DNA of 64,000 bases from Bacteroidia bacterium. Lineage in GTDB: Bacteria; Bacteroidota; Bacteroidia; B-17B0; Aurantibacillaceae. Below are positions 26,461-36,085 of this stretch, piece by piece. Position 1 is the stretch's first letter. Every line of letters starts with the position of its first letter. The notes beneath the pieces are model-generated. The model made no database searches. It saw only the letters and a list, made by a program, of their open reading frames with translations, and had not been told where the DNA came from. Made by a program: the position numbers and the translations under genes. The stretch covers positions 35,248 through 99,247 of the forward strand of contig JBBAKL010000003.1 in the NCBI GenBank assembly GCA_040403535.1, given 5' to 3'.

Positions 26461-29163
26461 CTATTTAACAGAATTATAGATTTCTGTCAATTTATCTCTT
26501 AAATCCTTTGCGGCAGTTCTTTCCTTTTCTAGAGCAGTAACGTCTTTGCCTTCTTTCTTTTCTTTTTCAATTGTACTGCTTAGTTTCTCTTCTTTGCTTT
26601 TCCAGTTTTCTATTAATGTACTTTTTAAAATTTTAAGCGCACCGTATCTTACATACTGATTACCTGATTTAGCCATTTTAGAAATTTCAGTAGCGCCGGC
26701 AATAACAGTTTCAGACTTAGTACAACGTTTTAAAAATTTACCGTAAACATTTATAAAACCCAACATTTCAAATCCACTAAATTGCGACTTAGCATTCACG
26801 AAAAACTGTGCATTCTCATCGCTTCCGTGATTTGCATAAATATCCGCAACAGAAAATACCAACTTCTTTCCCTTCTCGTTCTCTAATGATTTTGCTTTCT
26901 TTAAAGCACTTTCAGGATTGGATTTTACCAAACCTTCTAATGCAGCTGAAATAATTAAATACGACTGTTCACCTGTTGCTTTTTCATAAAGCGCTTCTAA
27001 ATCAGAACCCTTATAATTAGACGCTAAAAAAGAAATAGCTTCTGCACGTACACGTGTATTCGCATCTTTTTCGGCAATACTCATCATTAATGGTTTAAAT
27101 TCCGCTTCATTTTCTTTAGCTACACTTTCCATCGCATTTATCGCATCCATTCTGAAATTTTTCCACTTTTCGTTTTGAGCGGCGTTTTTTACTACAGCTA
27201 ATATATCCTTGTCAGACATGTTTTTTTCAAAATAAGCTAAGGCTTCCGCTCTGTCGCCCCATAATGGTGCATTCTTAAACTGATAAATATATTCTTCTTT
27301 TGATTTTTCGTAAGTAAGCTTAGCTAAAAGCTGACGCTCGGCATCAAAATTTACTAAGTCAGGTTTTCCGGAAACATTAAATGTAAATGTCTGTTTTGCA
27401 TCTTCAATTACAATATGTTTTCTTTCGGATTTTCCATTAACATACAAATCAACCTCTAAAGGCAATCGGTACAATGGTGTTTCCTTAAAGTCTTGGGTTT
27501 GCTCTACAGTTAAAGAAACTGTTTTTGTTGCATCATCGTATTGTTTGGTAATTGTAAGCAATGGGTGGCCGCCTTTCATGAACCATTGGTTGAAGAACCA
27601 ATTTAAGTCTTGTCCGGTAATATCTTCAAAAGCCTGACGTAAATGATGAATTTCTGCCGACTTAAATTTTCTGTTCTCCAGATATATTTTTAATGAAGCA
27701 AAAAACGCATCATCACCAACAACCTTACGAAGCATATGCAGAATTTGTCCGCCTTTATTATAACTAAACGCGTCAAACATATCTTCACGATTATGATAAT
27801 TGTAACGGATAAGCGGGACCTGTTTTTGAGCCGACTGCATCATGTAACCAGAGCGAGAACCCGCATGGTGTTCATCAGCAGCATCTCTTCCGTACTTATA
27901 TTCATTCCATAAATATTCGCCATAGGTAGCGAACGATTCATTTAACGGTAAATTACTCCAACTTTCGCAAGTTGCCAAATCACCAAACCATTGATGAAAA
28001 AGTTCGTGGGCAATTACATCTTCTCCCTTACTGCCATCTATTAATTCGCGGGTAGTTTGATATACAGCGAAATCGCCATGTAAGGTTGCACTGGTGTTTT
28101 CCATAGCACCGCTTACATAATCACGCACTACAATTTGTGCATACTTTGGCCATGCGTATTCAACACCTAATTTGTTTGAATAGAACTCCAACATTTCAGT
28201 AGTATTACCGAATATGGCTTTTGCATGCGGCTCGAACTCTTTCTCTACATAATAACTTACTTCTTTATTTCTCCAAGGCTTATCGGTAACTTTGATAAAT
28301 TCTCCAACCCCCATCATTACTAAATACGGAGCGTGTGGTAAATCCATCTTCCAGTGGTCGGTACGTGTTCCGTCCGAATTCTTTTTTGAATCCACAAGTA
28401 ATCCGTTTGATAAGGTTGTGTATTTATCTTCAACTGTAATGTAAATTTCCTCAGTCATTTTTTCGTTCGGGCTATCAACAGTTGGGAACCATGCCGAATT
28501 GCTTTGGGTTTCTCCTTGTGTCCAGATTTGTGGCATTTTTGATGGATCTTCGCCCTTTGGATTAATAAAATATAAACCCTTGTCATCACTAATGGCCTGC
28601 GATCCTCCTTTTTTCAATTCATTAGGTTTAGCAATGTATTCTACATATACATTAATCAGTTCATTACTTTTCACTTCTCTTCCCAGATTAATTTTAATAG
28701 AATCATTCTCGTATTTATATAAGGCATCTTTTTGAGCTCCAAAGAATGACTCTGTCATTTCAACGTCCTGACCTTTGACTTTTTTCTTAAGAGTCTTGTT
28801 TTCTTCAAGACTTATTGCCACACGTTTTATTTCCATGCCTCGGGCATTTAAATACATCGTATTGGTTGGATAAAAGTAAGGGCGGGCCGTAACTGTTGCC
28901 TTTCCGTTCAATTGCGATTTTTCCCAGTTAAAACTAACTTCAAGTTTAGTGTGCAAAATATCTGTTACTAGTGAATTTGAAGCTTGATAGACTTCTTTTT
29001 TAGGCGCGGGATTTGCTACAATTTTTATGGTGTCAAGATTAATTGCGGGCTCATCAAGTGCTTTTTGTTTTGCCGATGAAATTGTTGACGTTTGGCTTTT
29101 TTTATTACTTGAACAAGATAAAGCAGCAACAGTAATTAGTGCTAATAGGAATTTATTAGTCAT
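26461..29163 (-). CDS. M1-family zinc aminopeptidase lipoprotein with a HEAT-like C-terminal extension
   Basis: Lipobox LITVAALSCSS. Exopeptidase motif GAMEN. Zinc-binding motif HELFHQWFGD...NESFA. Confidence 0.9.
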   Translation of the reverse strand: MTNKFLLALITVAALSCSSNKKSQTSTISSAKQKALDEPAINLDTIKIVANPAPKKEVYQASNSLVTDILHTKLEVSFNWEKSQLNGKATVTARPYFYPTNTMYLNARGMEIKRVAISLEENKTLKKKVKGQDVEMTESFFGAQKDALYKYENDSIKINLGREVKSNELINVYVEYIAKPNELKKGGSQAISDDKGLYFINPKGEDPSKMPQIWTQGETQSNSAWFPTVDSPNEKMTEEIYITVEDKYTTLSNGLLVDSKKNSDGTRTDHWKMDLPHAPYLVMMGVGEFIKVTDKPWRNKEVSYYVEKEFEPHAKAIFGNTTEMLEFYSNKLGVEYAWPKYAQIVVRDYVSGAMENTSATLHGDFAVYQTTRELIDGSKGEDVIAHELFHQWFGDLATCESWSNLPLNESFATYGEYLWNEYKYGRDAADEHHAGSRSGYMMQSAQKQVPLIRYNYHNREDMFDAFSYNKGGQILHMLRKVVGDDAFFASLKIYLENRKFKSAEIHHLRQAFEDITGQDLNWFFNQWFMKGGHPLLTITKQYDDATKTVSLTVEQTQDFKETPLYRLPLEVDLYVNGKSERKHIVIEDAKQTFTFNVSGKPDLVNFDAERQLLAKLTYEKSKEEYIYQFKNAPLWGDRAEALAYFEKNMSDKDILAVVKNAAQNEKWKNFRMDAINAMESVAKENEAEFKPLMMSIAEKDANTRVRAEAISFLASNYKGSDLEALYEKATGEQSYLIISAALEGLVKSNPESALKKAKSLENEKGKKLVFSVADIYANHGSDENAQFFVNAKSQFSGFEMLGFINVYGKFLKRCTKSETVIAGATEISKMAKSGNQYVRYGALKILKSTLIENWKSKEEKLSSTIEKEKKEGKDVTALEKERTAAKDLRDKLTEIYNSVK

Positions 29164-29348
29164 AGTTTATTCTTTTAAAATCAATGCAAGTTAGCTAATT
29201 AAAAAGGTTTTAATATAACCCATTATGGGTGAAACAAACCGTTTGTAAATTACTGAGATTTTTATCAGAGTTTGTTCATGTTATACCCGGTTTTAACAAG
29301 AAATTAGACTCATATTTTGAATTAAACCAGGTATTGTATCTTAAATAC

Positions 29349-29383
29349 TAAGCCCCTTTGTATTGTGACCAAAGGGGCTTTTT
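29349..29383. terminator. Strong hairpin downstream of the VOC gene. The T-tract lies on the plus-strand side
   Basis: aagcccctttg-tattgtgac-caaaggggcttttt. Confidence 0.5.
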
Positions 29384-29435
29384 CATTTTCAAATACTATT
29401 ATGTCTTTTGTTTATGTTTTCCGCCGGAATTGGGC

Positions 29436-30497
29436 TTAATCAGTAACCCGATTCCATTTTAATGTTTTCATCATCCAGGCCGGAACCGGCTTTTCAGGGG
29501 CACGTTTACGTAAATCTAAATACCAGCCCCATTTTTTCATGATTGGTATTTTTTTTGTTTCTACAAACTCTATTAGTGCTCCGTCGGGATCTTCTATATA
29601 GGTAAAATGTCCGGCTGCTTCACCCATTTCAAATCCTGCACCACCATCCACTGTAAACGGATGTCCGGCTTTTTCACATGCTTCTTTTAATGCCTGCATG
29701 TTTCTGATATCAAAACACAAATGAATAAATCCTAAATCACCCCAAAAACGACCTTCAAATATTTTACGAGGAGTGTAATTGTAAGCTTGAACCAATTCAA
29801 TATAACTGGAACCAAACATTTCAGCAAAGCTGGCAGTACGTTTTTGGGAATGAGTTAATAAAACACGACGGCATTTTACATTTCCACCCGGTAATCCTTT
29901 CAAATCTTCAAACTCTCCTTCTTTATCGTAAACCACTTTTTCGTATCCTAAAACATTTGCGTAAAACTGTTTTGATTTCTCAATATTACTCACCCCAATA
30001 ACCATTCCAACCGGACCACCTGTAGTTTTTAATCCCTTACCAAACCAGTCTTTTCCTTCGGTAACTTCGAAAATATTGCCGTATAAATCCTTTAAAAAGA
30101 AATGCTCTTCGCCAATAGGATTCTTTATAACATCCGATAATAAGGTAGCGCCTTTAGCTTTTAAATACGAATAGCTTTCTTTTACGTTTTCGCTCTTTAT
30201 TTTAGCAACAAACAAACCTAAATCGCCGAGATGCGCCTGAAAATTTGCCGGCTGAGGGGTACGACTGGTGTATTGCCATATTTCAAAACCACCTCCGCCT
30301 TTTAAATTAATGGCTAAAATGGCGTGACGGCTTTGAGGTTTTCCTCCGGTATAAGGTAACATCAAATTAGCTTCGGCAGCTTCTTCAAAAATGGGAATAT
30401 CCATTCCGAAATGCTGACGGTACCATTTAAATGCTTCGTGTACATTAGGCACACCAATGCCTACCTGCTGAATTCCTGCTATGTAATATCTACTCAT
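29436..30497 (-). CDS. VOC (glyoxalase/dioxygenase fold) family protein with two tandem VOC domains
   Basis: GIQQVGIGVPNVHEAFKWY and MVIGVSNIEKSKQFYANVLGY domain starts, plus DPDGALIEF. Confidence 0.7.
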   Translation of the reverse strand: MSRYYIAGIQQVGIGVPNVHEAFKWYRQHFGMDIPIFEEAAEANLMLPYTGGKPQSRHAILAINLKGGGGFEIWQYTSRTPQPANFQAHLGDLGLFVAKIKSENVKESYSYLKAKGATLLSDVIKNPIGEEHFFLKDLYGNIFEVTEGKDWFGKGLKTTGGPVGMVIGVSNIEKSKQFYANVLGYEKVVYDKEGEFEDLKGLPGGNVKCRRVLLTHSQKRTASFAEMFGSSYIELVQAYNYTPRKIFEGRFWGDLGFIHLCFDIRNMQALKEACEKAGHPFTVDGGAGFEMGEAAGHFTYIEDPDGALIEFVETKKIPIMKKWGWYLDLRKRAPEKPVPAWMMKTLKWNRVTD

Positions 30498-30594
30498 AAT
30501 TAAGGCAAATATAGCGAGTAATTTTTACTAAAAATGCCCTTATAAATCTCAATCTTTCAAAGCTAATTATTACATTTAAACAAATTTTTACATT

Positions 30595-31782
30595 ATGTAC
30601 GGAGCATTTAAAGACCACTTACAAAACCAGCTTAATGATATTGAAGCGAACGGTTTATTTAAAAGAGAACGCGTTATTACCACCCCACAGGGCGCATCAG
30701 TAAAAGTAAACGGTAAAGACGTTATTATTTTTTGTGCCAATAACTATTTGGGCTTATCATCTCACCCAAAAGTAATTGAAGGTGCTAAAAAAACTTTAGA
30801 CAGCCACGGTTATGGCATGAGCAGTGTTCGCTTTATTTGCGGTACTCAGGATATTCACAAAACCTTAGAGCAAAAAATTGCTACGTTCTTAGGACAAGAA
30901 GATACGATTTTATATGCGGCATGTTTTGATGCTAACGGCGGTGTTTTTGAACCTTTATTTGGAGAAGAAGATGCAATTATCTCCGATGAATTAAATCACG
31001 CTTCAATTATTGATGGAGTACGTTTATGCAAAGCGCAACGTTACCGTTACAAAAACTGCGATATGGCAGATTTGGAAGAGCAATTGAAAAAAGCTCAGGC
31101 GCAACGTTACCGTGTAATTGTTACTGACGGTGTATTTAGTATGGATGGCTTTGTTGCACCATTAGATAAAATTTGCGACTTAGCTGAAAAATATAACGCC
31201 TTAGTGATGGTGGATGAAAGTCATGCTACCGGATTTATTGGAAAAACCGGAAGAGGCACCGTTGAATTGAAAAATGTAATGAGCCGAGTGGATATTATTA
31301 CCGGAACCTTAGGTAAAGCTTTAGGTGGTGCCATGGGCGGATTTACCACAGGCAAAAAAGAAATTATTGAAATATTGAGACAACGGTCTCGTCCTTACCT
31401 TTTCTCAAATTCATTAGCACCACACATTGTTGGCGCTAGTATTGCAGTATTTGATTTATTGAGCCAAACTACAGAATTACGCGACAAATTAGAGTGGAAT
31501 ATTAATTACTTTAAAAAAGGCATTAAGTCGGTTGGGTTAGAAATAAAAGACGGCGACAGTGCCATTGTACCTGTTATGTTATACGATGCTAAATTATCGC
31601 AGGTATTTGCCGATAAATTATTGCAAGAAGGCATCTACGTAATTGGTTTCTTCTTCCCGGTTGTGCCTAAAGGACAAGCACGTATTCGCGTACAAATTTC
31701 TGCCGCGCACGAAAAAGAACATTTGGATAAAGCAATTGCCGCATTTGAAAAGATAGGTAAAGAATTAGGTGTGATTAAATAA
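30595..31782 (+). CDS. kbl: Glycine C-acetyltransferase (2-amino-3-ketobutyrate CoA ligase)
   Basis: NNYLGLSSHP, SVRFICGTQ, DESHATGFIG, and the PLP-Lys context GTLGKALGG. Confidence 0.9.
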   Translation: MYGAFKDHLQNQLNDIEANGLFKRERVITTPQGASVKVNGKDVIIFCANNYLGLSSHPKVIEGAKKTLDSHGYGMSSVRFICGTQDIHKTLEQKIATFLGQEDTILYAACFDANGGVFEPLFGEEDAIISDELNHASIIDGVRLCKAQRYRYKNCDMADLEEQLKKAQAQRYRVIVTDGVFSMDGFVAPLDKICDLAEKYNALVMVDESHATGFIGKTGRGTVELKNVMSRVDIITGTLGKALGGAMGGFTTGKKEIIEILRQRSRPYLFSNSLAPHIVGASIAVFDLLSQTTELRDKLEWNINYFKKGIKSVGLEIKDGDSAIVPVMLYDAKLSQVFADKLLQEGIYVIGFFFPVVPKGQARIRVQISAAHEKEHLDKAIAAFEKIGKELGVIK

Positions 31783-31786
31783 CATC

Positions 31787-31936
31787 ATGAGAAAGAAAAA
31801 TTGGACATTAGGGTTTTTAGGATTCCTTGGTTTATTAATTTTAGAATACTTTAAAATGGGGAATTTTTAGATCTTCTTTGGTTTTTTTTTCTTTACTTAC
31901 TTGATGTATTTCGTCCCGGAAAAAAAGCAAGAATAA
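31787..31936 (+). pseudogene. 49-codon small 2-TM reading frame interrupted by one in-frame TAG (at 31868-31870)
   Basis: Hand translation MRKKNWTLGFLGFLGLLILEYFKMGNF-TAG-IFFGFFFFTYLMYFVPEKKQE-TAA. Contains a T9 homopolymer at 31882-31890. Confidence 0.25.
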
Positions 31937-31953
31937 ATTGTCAAAGCAAGTTT

Positions 31954-31982
31954 AAGGGGATGTTATCACATCCCCTTTTTTA
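31954..31982 (+). terminator. Intrinsic terminator for the kbl transcript. It overlaps the stop of the convergent esterase gene
   Basis: aaggggatg-ttatca-catcccctttttt. Confidence 0.6.
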
Positions 31983-32882
31983 TTCGCCTTTCACCCACTT
32001 CACAATTTGCTGATGCACGATGCCTTGAAACGAATTGTTCAAACCAAAGGGCGAATGTTTTCCGTTAGGTAAATTAAATAAACGATGCTTGATTTTTTTA
32101 CACTGTAAAGAATCATCCAATTGTTTACTCTGCTCGAATGGCACTACATCATCATCAGTAGCGTGAACTATCAATGTTGGAATATTTTTTATATGATAAA
32201 TAGGACTTGCACTAATTACAACCTTTTTATCTTTAACGAACTCTTCACCCAACAATTTCTTATATAAACCTTGCATTCCCCAACCATTTTCCGCTAATTT
32301 TTTAAAACCTTCGTCATTTAAGTTCGTTGGTCCTGCAAGAGAAATTACAGAGTGAATAGTATAGGCATTTTTTACTGAGTAAGCATATAACAAGGCCAAA
32401 TGTCCGCCGGCACTACTTCCTAATAAATTATATTTATCATTAGGCATACCATAAGTACTCGCATTTTGTTTTAGAGCAAACAGCAATTCGTGTATGTCTT
32501 GCAACATGCCCGTATAATTTACACCATTATCCAATAAGCGATAATTCATGTTGGCAACAATTACATTATCATCGCAAAATTCCTCGGCCCATTCGTCCAT
32601 AAAATCGTTTTTATCGCCCATTACCCAGGCACCGCCATGAATTAAAACTATAATTGGCGTTTTACTGTTTCTGCCGGAAGGCAAATACAAATCGTACTGA
32701 TTTAGCGGATGCTTTCCGTATTTCAGGTTTTTAAAAACGAAGCGTTCACTGGTAGAGTATTGTATTTTTACAGGAATTATGGGTTTGGGTCGTGAAAACA
32801 AGCCATACAAATAAATTACAAGTATTGCCAAAGCGGCAATAATTACCAGGTACAGCCATTTTGTGTTTTGAATAAATTGCAT
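31980..32882 (-). CDS. Alpha/beta-hydrolase (esterase/lipase-type), membrane-anchored
   Basis: N-terminal TM segment, oxyanion motif VLIHGGAW, and nucleophile elbow GSSAGGHLA. Confidence 0.8.
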   Translation of the reverse strand: MQFIQNTKWLYLVIIAALAILVIYLYGLFSRPKPIIPVKIQYSTSERFVFKNLKYGKHPLNQYDLYLPSGRNSKTPIIVLIHGGAWVMGDKNDFMDEWAEEFCDDNVIVANMNYRLLDNGVNYTGMLQDIHELLFALKQNASTYGMPNDKYNLLGSSAGGHLALLYAYSVKNAYTIHSVISLAGPTNLNDEGFKKLAENGWGMQGLYKKLLGEEFVKDKKVVISASPIYHIKNIPTLIVHATDDDVVPFEQSKQLDDSLQCKKIKHRLFNLPNGKHSPFGLNNSFQGIVHQQIVKWVKGE

Positions 32883-33051
32883 GGTGATTCTAACTTAAAA
32901 GTAGAAAAATAAATTATAATTAAATGTTGTTTTGTAACTATTTGAATCGCTCGAAAGACCTTGTAACAAATTTCAAATACTCCTCTTCTGTATACTGATC
33001 AGTTGATGAGATTATTACAAATAAGTAAAATTTATTACCTTCATACTTAGA

Positions 33052-33558
33052 ATGGCAAAGCAATCGATAAATTATTTTGAGCTGGAACAAACACCGGAAG
33101 ATTATAATTTTCTTTTGTTTGGTATTGCCAGTTCCGACAATCAATATGTTATTGCTAACGCAATTAACGACGTATTAAACATCGATTTACAACTGGCAGA
33201 TTACATTGACTTAAGTCACCGGATTGGAAAGGACTTTAAGTTTTCGTTTTATAGCTATACCGACGAGGCATTTAACCTTGAATACAATTTAATTCCGAAT
33301 AAAAGCAACTTTGTAGCAAACACAAATGAAAAAAAATCGGAGGGCGATTTATTTGCCATGTTTAACGAATCGGTAGATGAAAGTAGTCGCTTAATTCCTG
33401 AATTAACAAAGACAGATTTTCTGCTTCTCATTAAAGGAGACGAACATTATCACTACGGATACAAAATACAAGAACTACTTAAATCTATACCCGAAATAAT
33501 TTCGTTACAAGAAATCATTCCAGATAAACTAAGCAGCAAGAGTAACCTAATCTTTTAA
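33052..33558 (+). CDS. IPExxxVDY-family protein (Bacteroidota-specific, unknown function)
   Basis: Motif LIPELTKTDFLLLIKG fits IPE-x3-(V/T)D(Y/F), ~168 aa. The family name is recalled, not searched. Confidence 0.5.
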   Translation: MAKQSINYFELEQTPEDYNFLLFGIASSDNQYVIANAINDVLNIDLQLADYIDLSHRIGKDFKFSFYSYTDEAFNLEYNLIPNKSNFVANTNEKKSEGDLFAMFNESVDESSRLIPELTKTDFLLLIKGDEHYHYGYKIQELLKSIPEIISLQEIIPDKLSSKSNLIF

Positions 33559-34596
33559 TAAGGCATCCCAGCCTTGAGCTTTTAACGTAGCCACATTACC
33601 TGACTTGGTGATTAAATGCCTACCACGCTCTTTATTGGTAATATGTCCAATGATGGTAAAGTCTGGAAGATTTTTAACCTTGTCGTAATCCTCTGCTTTA
33701 ATAGTAAACAACAATTCATAATCTTCACCTCCGCTTAGCGCGCATACGGTTGGATCTAATCCAAACTGACGGGCAGTATCGTACGTTTGTTCATCCAGCG
33801 GTATTTTTTCCTCGTACAATTCAACACCTACATCCGATTGCGAACAGATATGTAAGATTTCGGAAGCCAATCCGTCACTTACATCAATCATGGCCGTTGG
33901 AACAACATTAAGTTCATTAAGTAATTTTATAACATCACGACGAGCTTCCGGTTTTAACTGACGTTCCAAAATATAATCCTTACCTTCTAAATCGGGTTGA
34001 ATATTTGGATTTTCTTTAAATACCGATTTTTCTCTCTCAAGAATTTGCAATCCCATATAGGCTCCGCCTAAATCACCACTAACACACAGCAAATTTGTTT
34101 CCTTTGCTCCGTTACGGTAAACTATTTTGTCTTTTTGTCCTTCGCCTAAAACAGTAATACTGATAACCAGTCCGGTTCGTGAGGAAGTAGTATCGCCACC
34201 AACCAGATCAACTCCATACTTTTCACATGCAAGCAACATACCTGCGTATATTTCTTCAACAGCCTCTAAGCTAAAGCGACTTGAAATAGCTATGCTCACT
34301 ACCACTTGTTTAGGCTGGCCATTCATAGCGTAAATATCGCTTAGGTTGACTATTACGGATTTATAACCTAAATGTTTTAATGGCACGTAAGTTAAATCGA
34401 AGTGCACGCCTTCAACCAACATATCAGTTGAAACCAAAGTAACCGTATCGGTATTGGTATAATTTATAACCGCCGCATCATCGCCCACTCCTTTAAGTGT
34501 AGATGCATTTTTAACTTCGATATGCTGGGTTAAATGTTTAATTAATCCGAACTCACCTAATGAGCTAATTTCTGTACGTGATGAATTTTCGAGCAT
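33547..34596 (-). CDS. thiL: Thiamine-monophosphate kinase
   Basis: GEFGLIKHLT, GVGDDAAV, and a PurM-like fold pattern. Confidence 0.9.
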   Translation of the reverse strand: MLENSSRTEISSLGEFGLIKHLTQHIEVKNASTLKGVGDDAAVINYTNTDTVTLVSTDMLVEGVHFDLTYVPLKHLGYKSVIVNLSDIYAMNGQPKQVVVSIAISSRFSLEAVEEIYAGMLLACEKYGVDLVGGDTTSSRTGLVISITVLGEGQKDKIVYRNGAKETNLLCVSGDLGGAYMGLQILEREKSVFKENPNIQPDLEGKDYILERQLKPEARRDVIKLLNELNVVPTAMIDVSDGLASEILHICSQSDVGVELYEEKIPLDEQTYDTARQFGLDPTVCALSGGEDYELLFTIKAEDYDKVKNLPDFTIIGHITNKERGRHLITKSGNVATLKAQGWDALLKD

Positions 34597-34597
34597 G

Positions 34598-36085
34598 TTA
34601 CAAATTTAAATAATATTCAATTAACGCTTTTTTATCTGTTTTATAATTACTGTTTACTGGCATTTCTTTAACCGTAATTATTTCGCTTGGTATCATGTAG
34701 GATGGTAAGTGTTGGGAGATGTTTGTTTTTGTCTCTTCCACATTTAACTCGCCTTCGTTTAAAGTAACAAAAGAAACTATTTTCTTAACGGTATTCCCTT
34801 GTTTTAAAGGAACCGTTACTGCGTTTGTTATGTTATTTTGTTTTTGAAGCACCTCACTAATCTCATCCAATTCGATTCGATAACCATTTAATTTTACCTG
34901 ATTGTCATTCCGACCAAGAAAATAAATCATTTCATTTTTAATGTATCCCTGATCGCCGGTTTTATAAGCACGCTTTCCATTATGCAAGTAAAAGGAAGCT
35001 TCGTTTTTTTCTTTGTTGTTTAAGTAACCTACAGAAACATTATCGCCTACAATAACCAGTTCACCGGTATCTTCTGAATTACCACTTTCGTTTAAGACCA
35101 ACAATTCCGAGTTAGTTTTCATATAGCCAATTGGCAACACAGTTGGGTTTTGCGCTACTATTTCATCGGTCACTTCCAGATAAGTTACAACTACAGTTGC
35201 TTCTGTTGGACCGTATGAATTAACAATGCGAGAAGAAGGAAATACACGTTTCAATTTCTTAACAGTAGTTACAGGGAGTTCTTCACCAATGAAAATATAA
35301 TTTTTTAATGCGGGGTAATTTTGTTCGTTAAATTGAGGTGTAGAGACATACATGTAAATAAACGAAGGGGTACACACCATGACGTTAGCCTGGTATTCGT
35401 TTAAACGATGTAAAAACTTATTCGCATCTTTCAATATCTCGTAATTATTCAACACCATAGTTGCGCCATGATGAAGTGCTCCTATAAAGTCACAAAGCGA
35501 AATATCAAAACTAAATGGTGCCTGATTCATGTAAACACTCTCTCTGTTTATTCCGGGCCAGTTTGCATACCATTTTGTAAAATCATTTAACGCCTGAGCG
35601 GTAATTTGTACACCTTTTGGTTCTCCGGTACTACCTGATGTAAACAATATGTACCGGACGGGATCTGCTTCAACTGTTTTGCTATTTAAGACTGCCGATT
35701 TATTTCCTTTTACCAAATTAAAATCCGAATCAATTATATATTCGATATCGATAGGCGTTGGTTTAGAGGAACAATTAATCATCACCTGAGCTCCCAATAT
35801 GTCGGCAATTTTCTTTACACGTTCGGCAGGCATAATGGCATCTACCGGAACATAAATTGTATTTAAATTGATAAGTGTTAACATGGCGATCGGGAAATTG
35901 GCTTCCTTTTCGCCATAAATCATTACCGGCTTATCATTTGGTAAAAAGTTTAATGCTGTTTTTAATTTTTCACACGATTCATACACTTGTTGCCAATTGA
36001 GTACTTTATCGGTACCAACAATCGCTGGCTTATCCTTCGCAACACTTAACTCTTTAAATTCATTTATATAAAAATTATACCTCAT
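34598..36085 (-). CDS. dltA: DltA-like amino-acid (D-alanine-type) carrier-protein ligase, adenylate-forming
   Basis: ILFTSGSTGEPKGVQIT, NQAPFSFDISL, CTPSF, YGPTEATVVVT, YKTGDQGY. Near-collinear with my recalled (unverified) Bacillus DltA sequence. The start overlaps the dltB-like stop by 1 nt (TAATG). Confidence 0.85.
   Translation of the reverse strand: MRYNFYINEFKELSVAKDKPAIVGTDKVLNWQQVYESCEKLKTALNFLPNDKPVMIYGEKEANFPIAMLTLINLNTIYVPVDAIMPAERVKKIADILGAQVMINCSSKPTPIDIEYIIDSDFNLVKGNKSAVLNSKTVEADPVRYILFTSGSTGEPKGVQITAQALNDFTKWYANWPGINRESVYMNQAPFSFDISLCDFIGALHHGATMVLNNYEILKDANKFLHRLNEYQANVMVCTPSFIYMYVSTPQFNEQNYPALKNYIFIGEELPVTTVKKLKRVFPSSRIVNSYGPTEATVVVTYLEVTDEIVAQNPTVLPIGYMKTNSELLVLNESGNSEDTGELVIVGDNVSVGYLNNKEKNEASFYLHNGKRAYKTGDQGYIKNEMIYFLGRNDNQVKLNGYRIELDEISEVLQKQNNITNAVTVPLKQGNTVKKIVSFVTLNEGELNVEETKTNISQHLPSYMIPSEIITVKEMPVNSNYKTDKKALIEYYLNL

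Noticed and set aside
29164-29383. Possible plus-strand sRNA ending at the plus-oriented terminator-like hairpin (29349-29383), in a gap between two minus-strand genes
   Set aside because: I found no TAnnTTTG-type promoter on the plus strand in the 186 bp upstream. The hairpin sits where a terminator for the minus-strand VOC gene is expected and probably acts in that orientation despite the weaker U-tract. Only RNA-seq would settle it.
32938-33144. 68-aa minus-strand ORF overlapping the start of the IPExxxVDY gene
   Set aside because: It lies in the divergent promoter region and overlaps the better-supported plus-strand gene. Its composition is low-complexity AT-rich.
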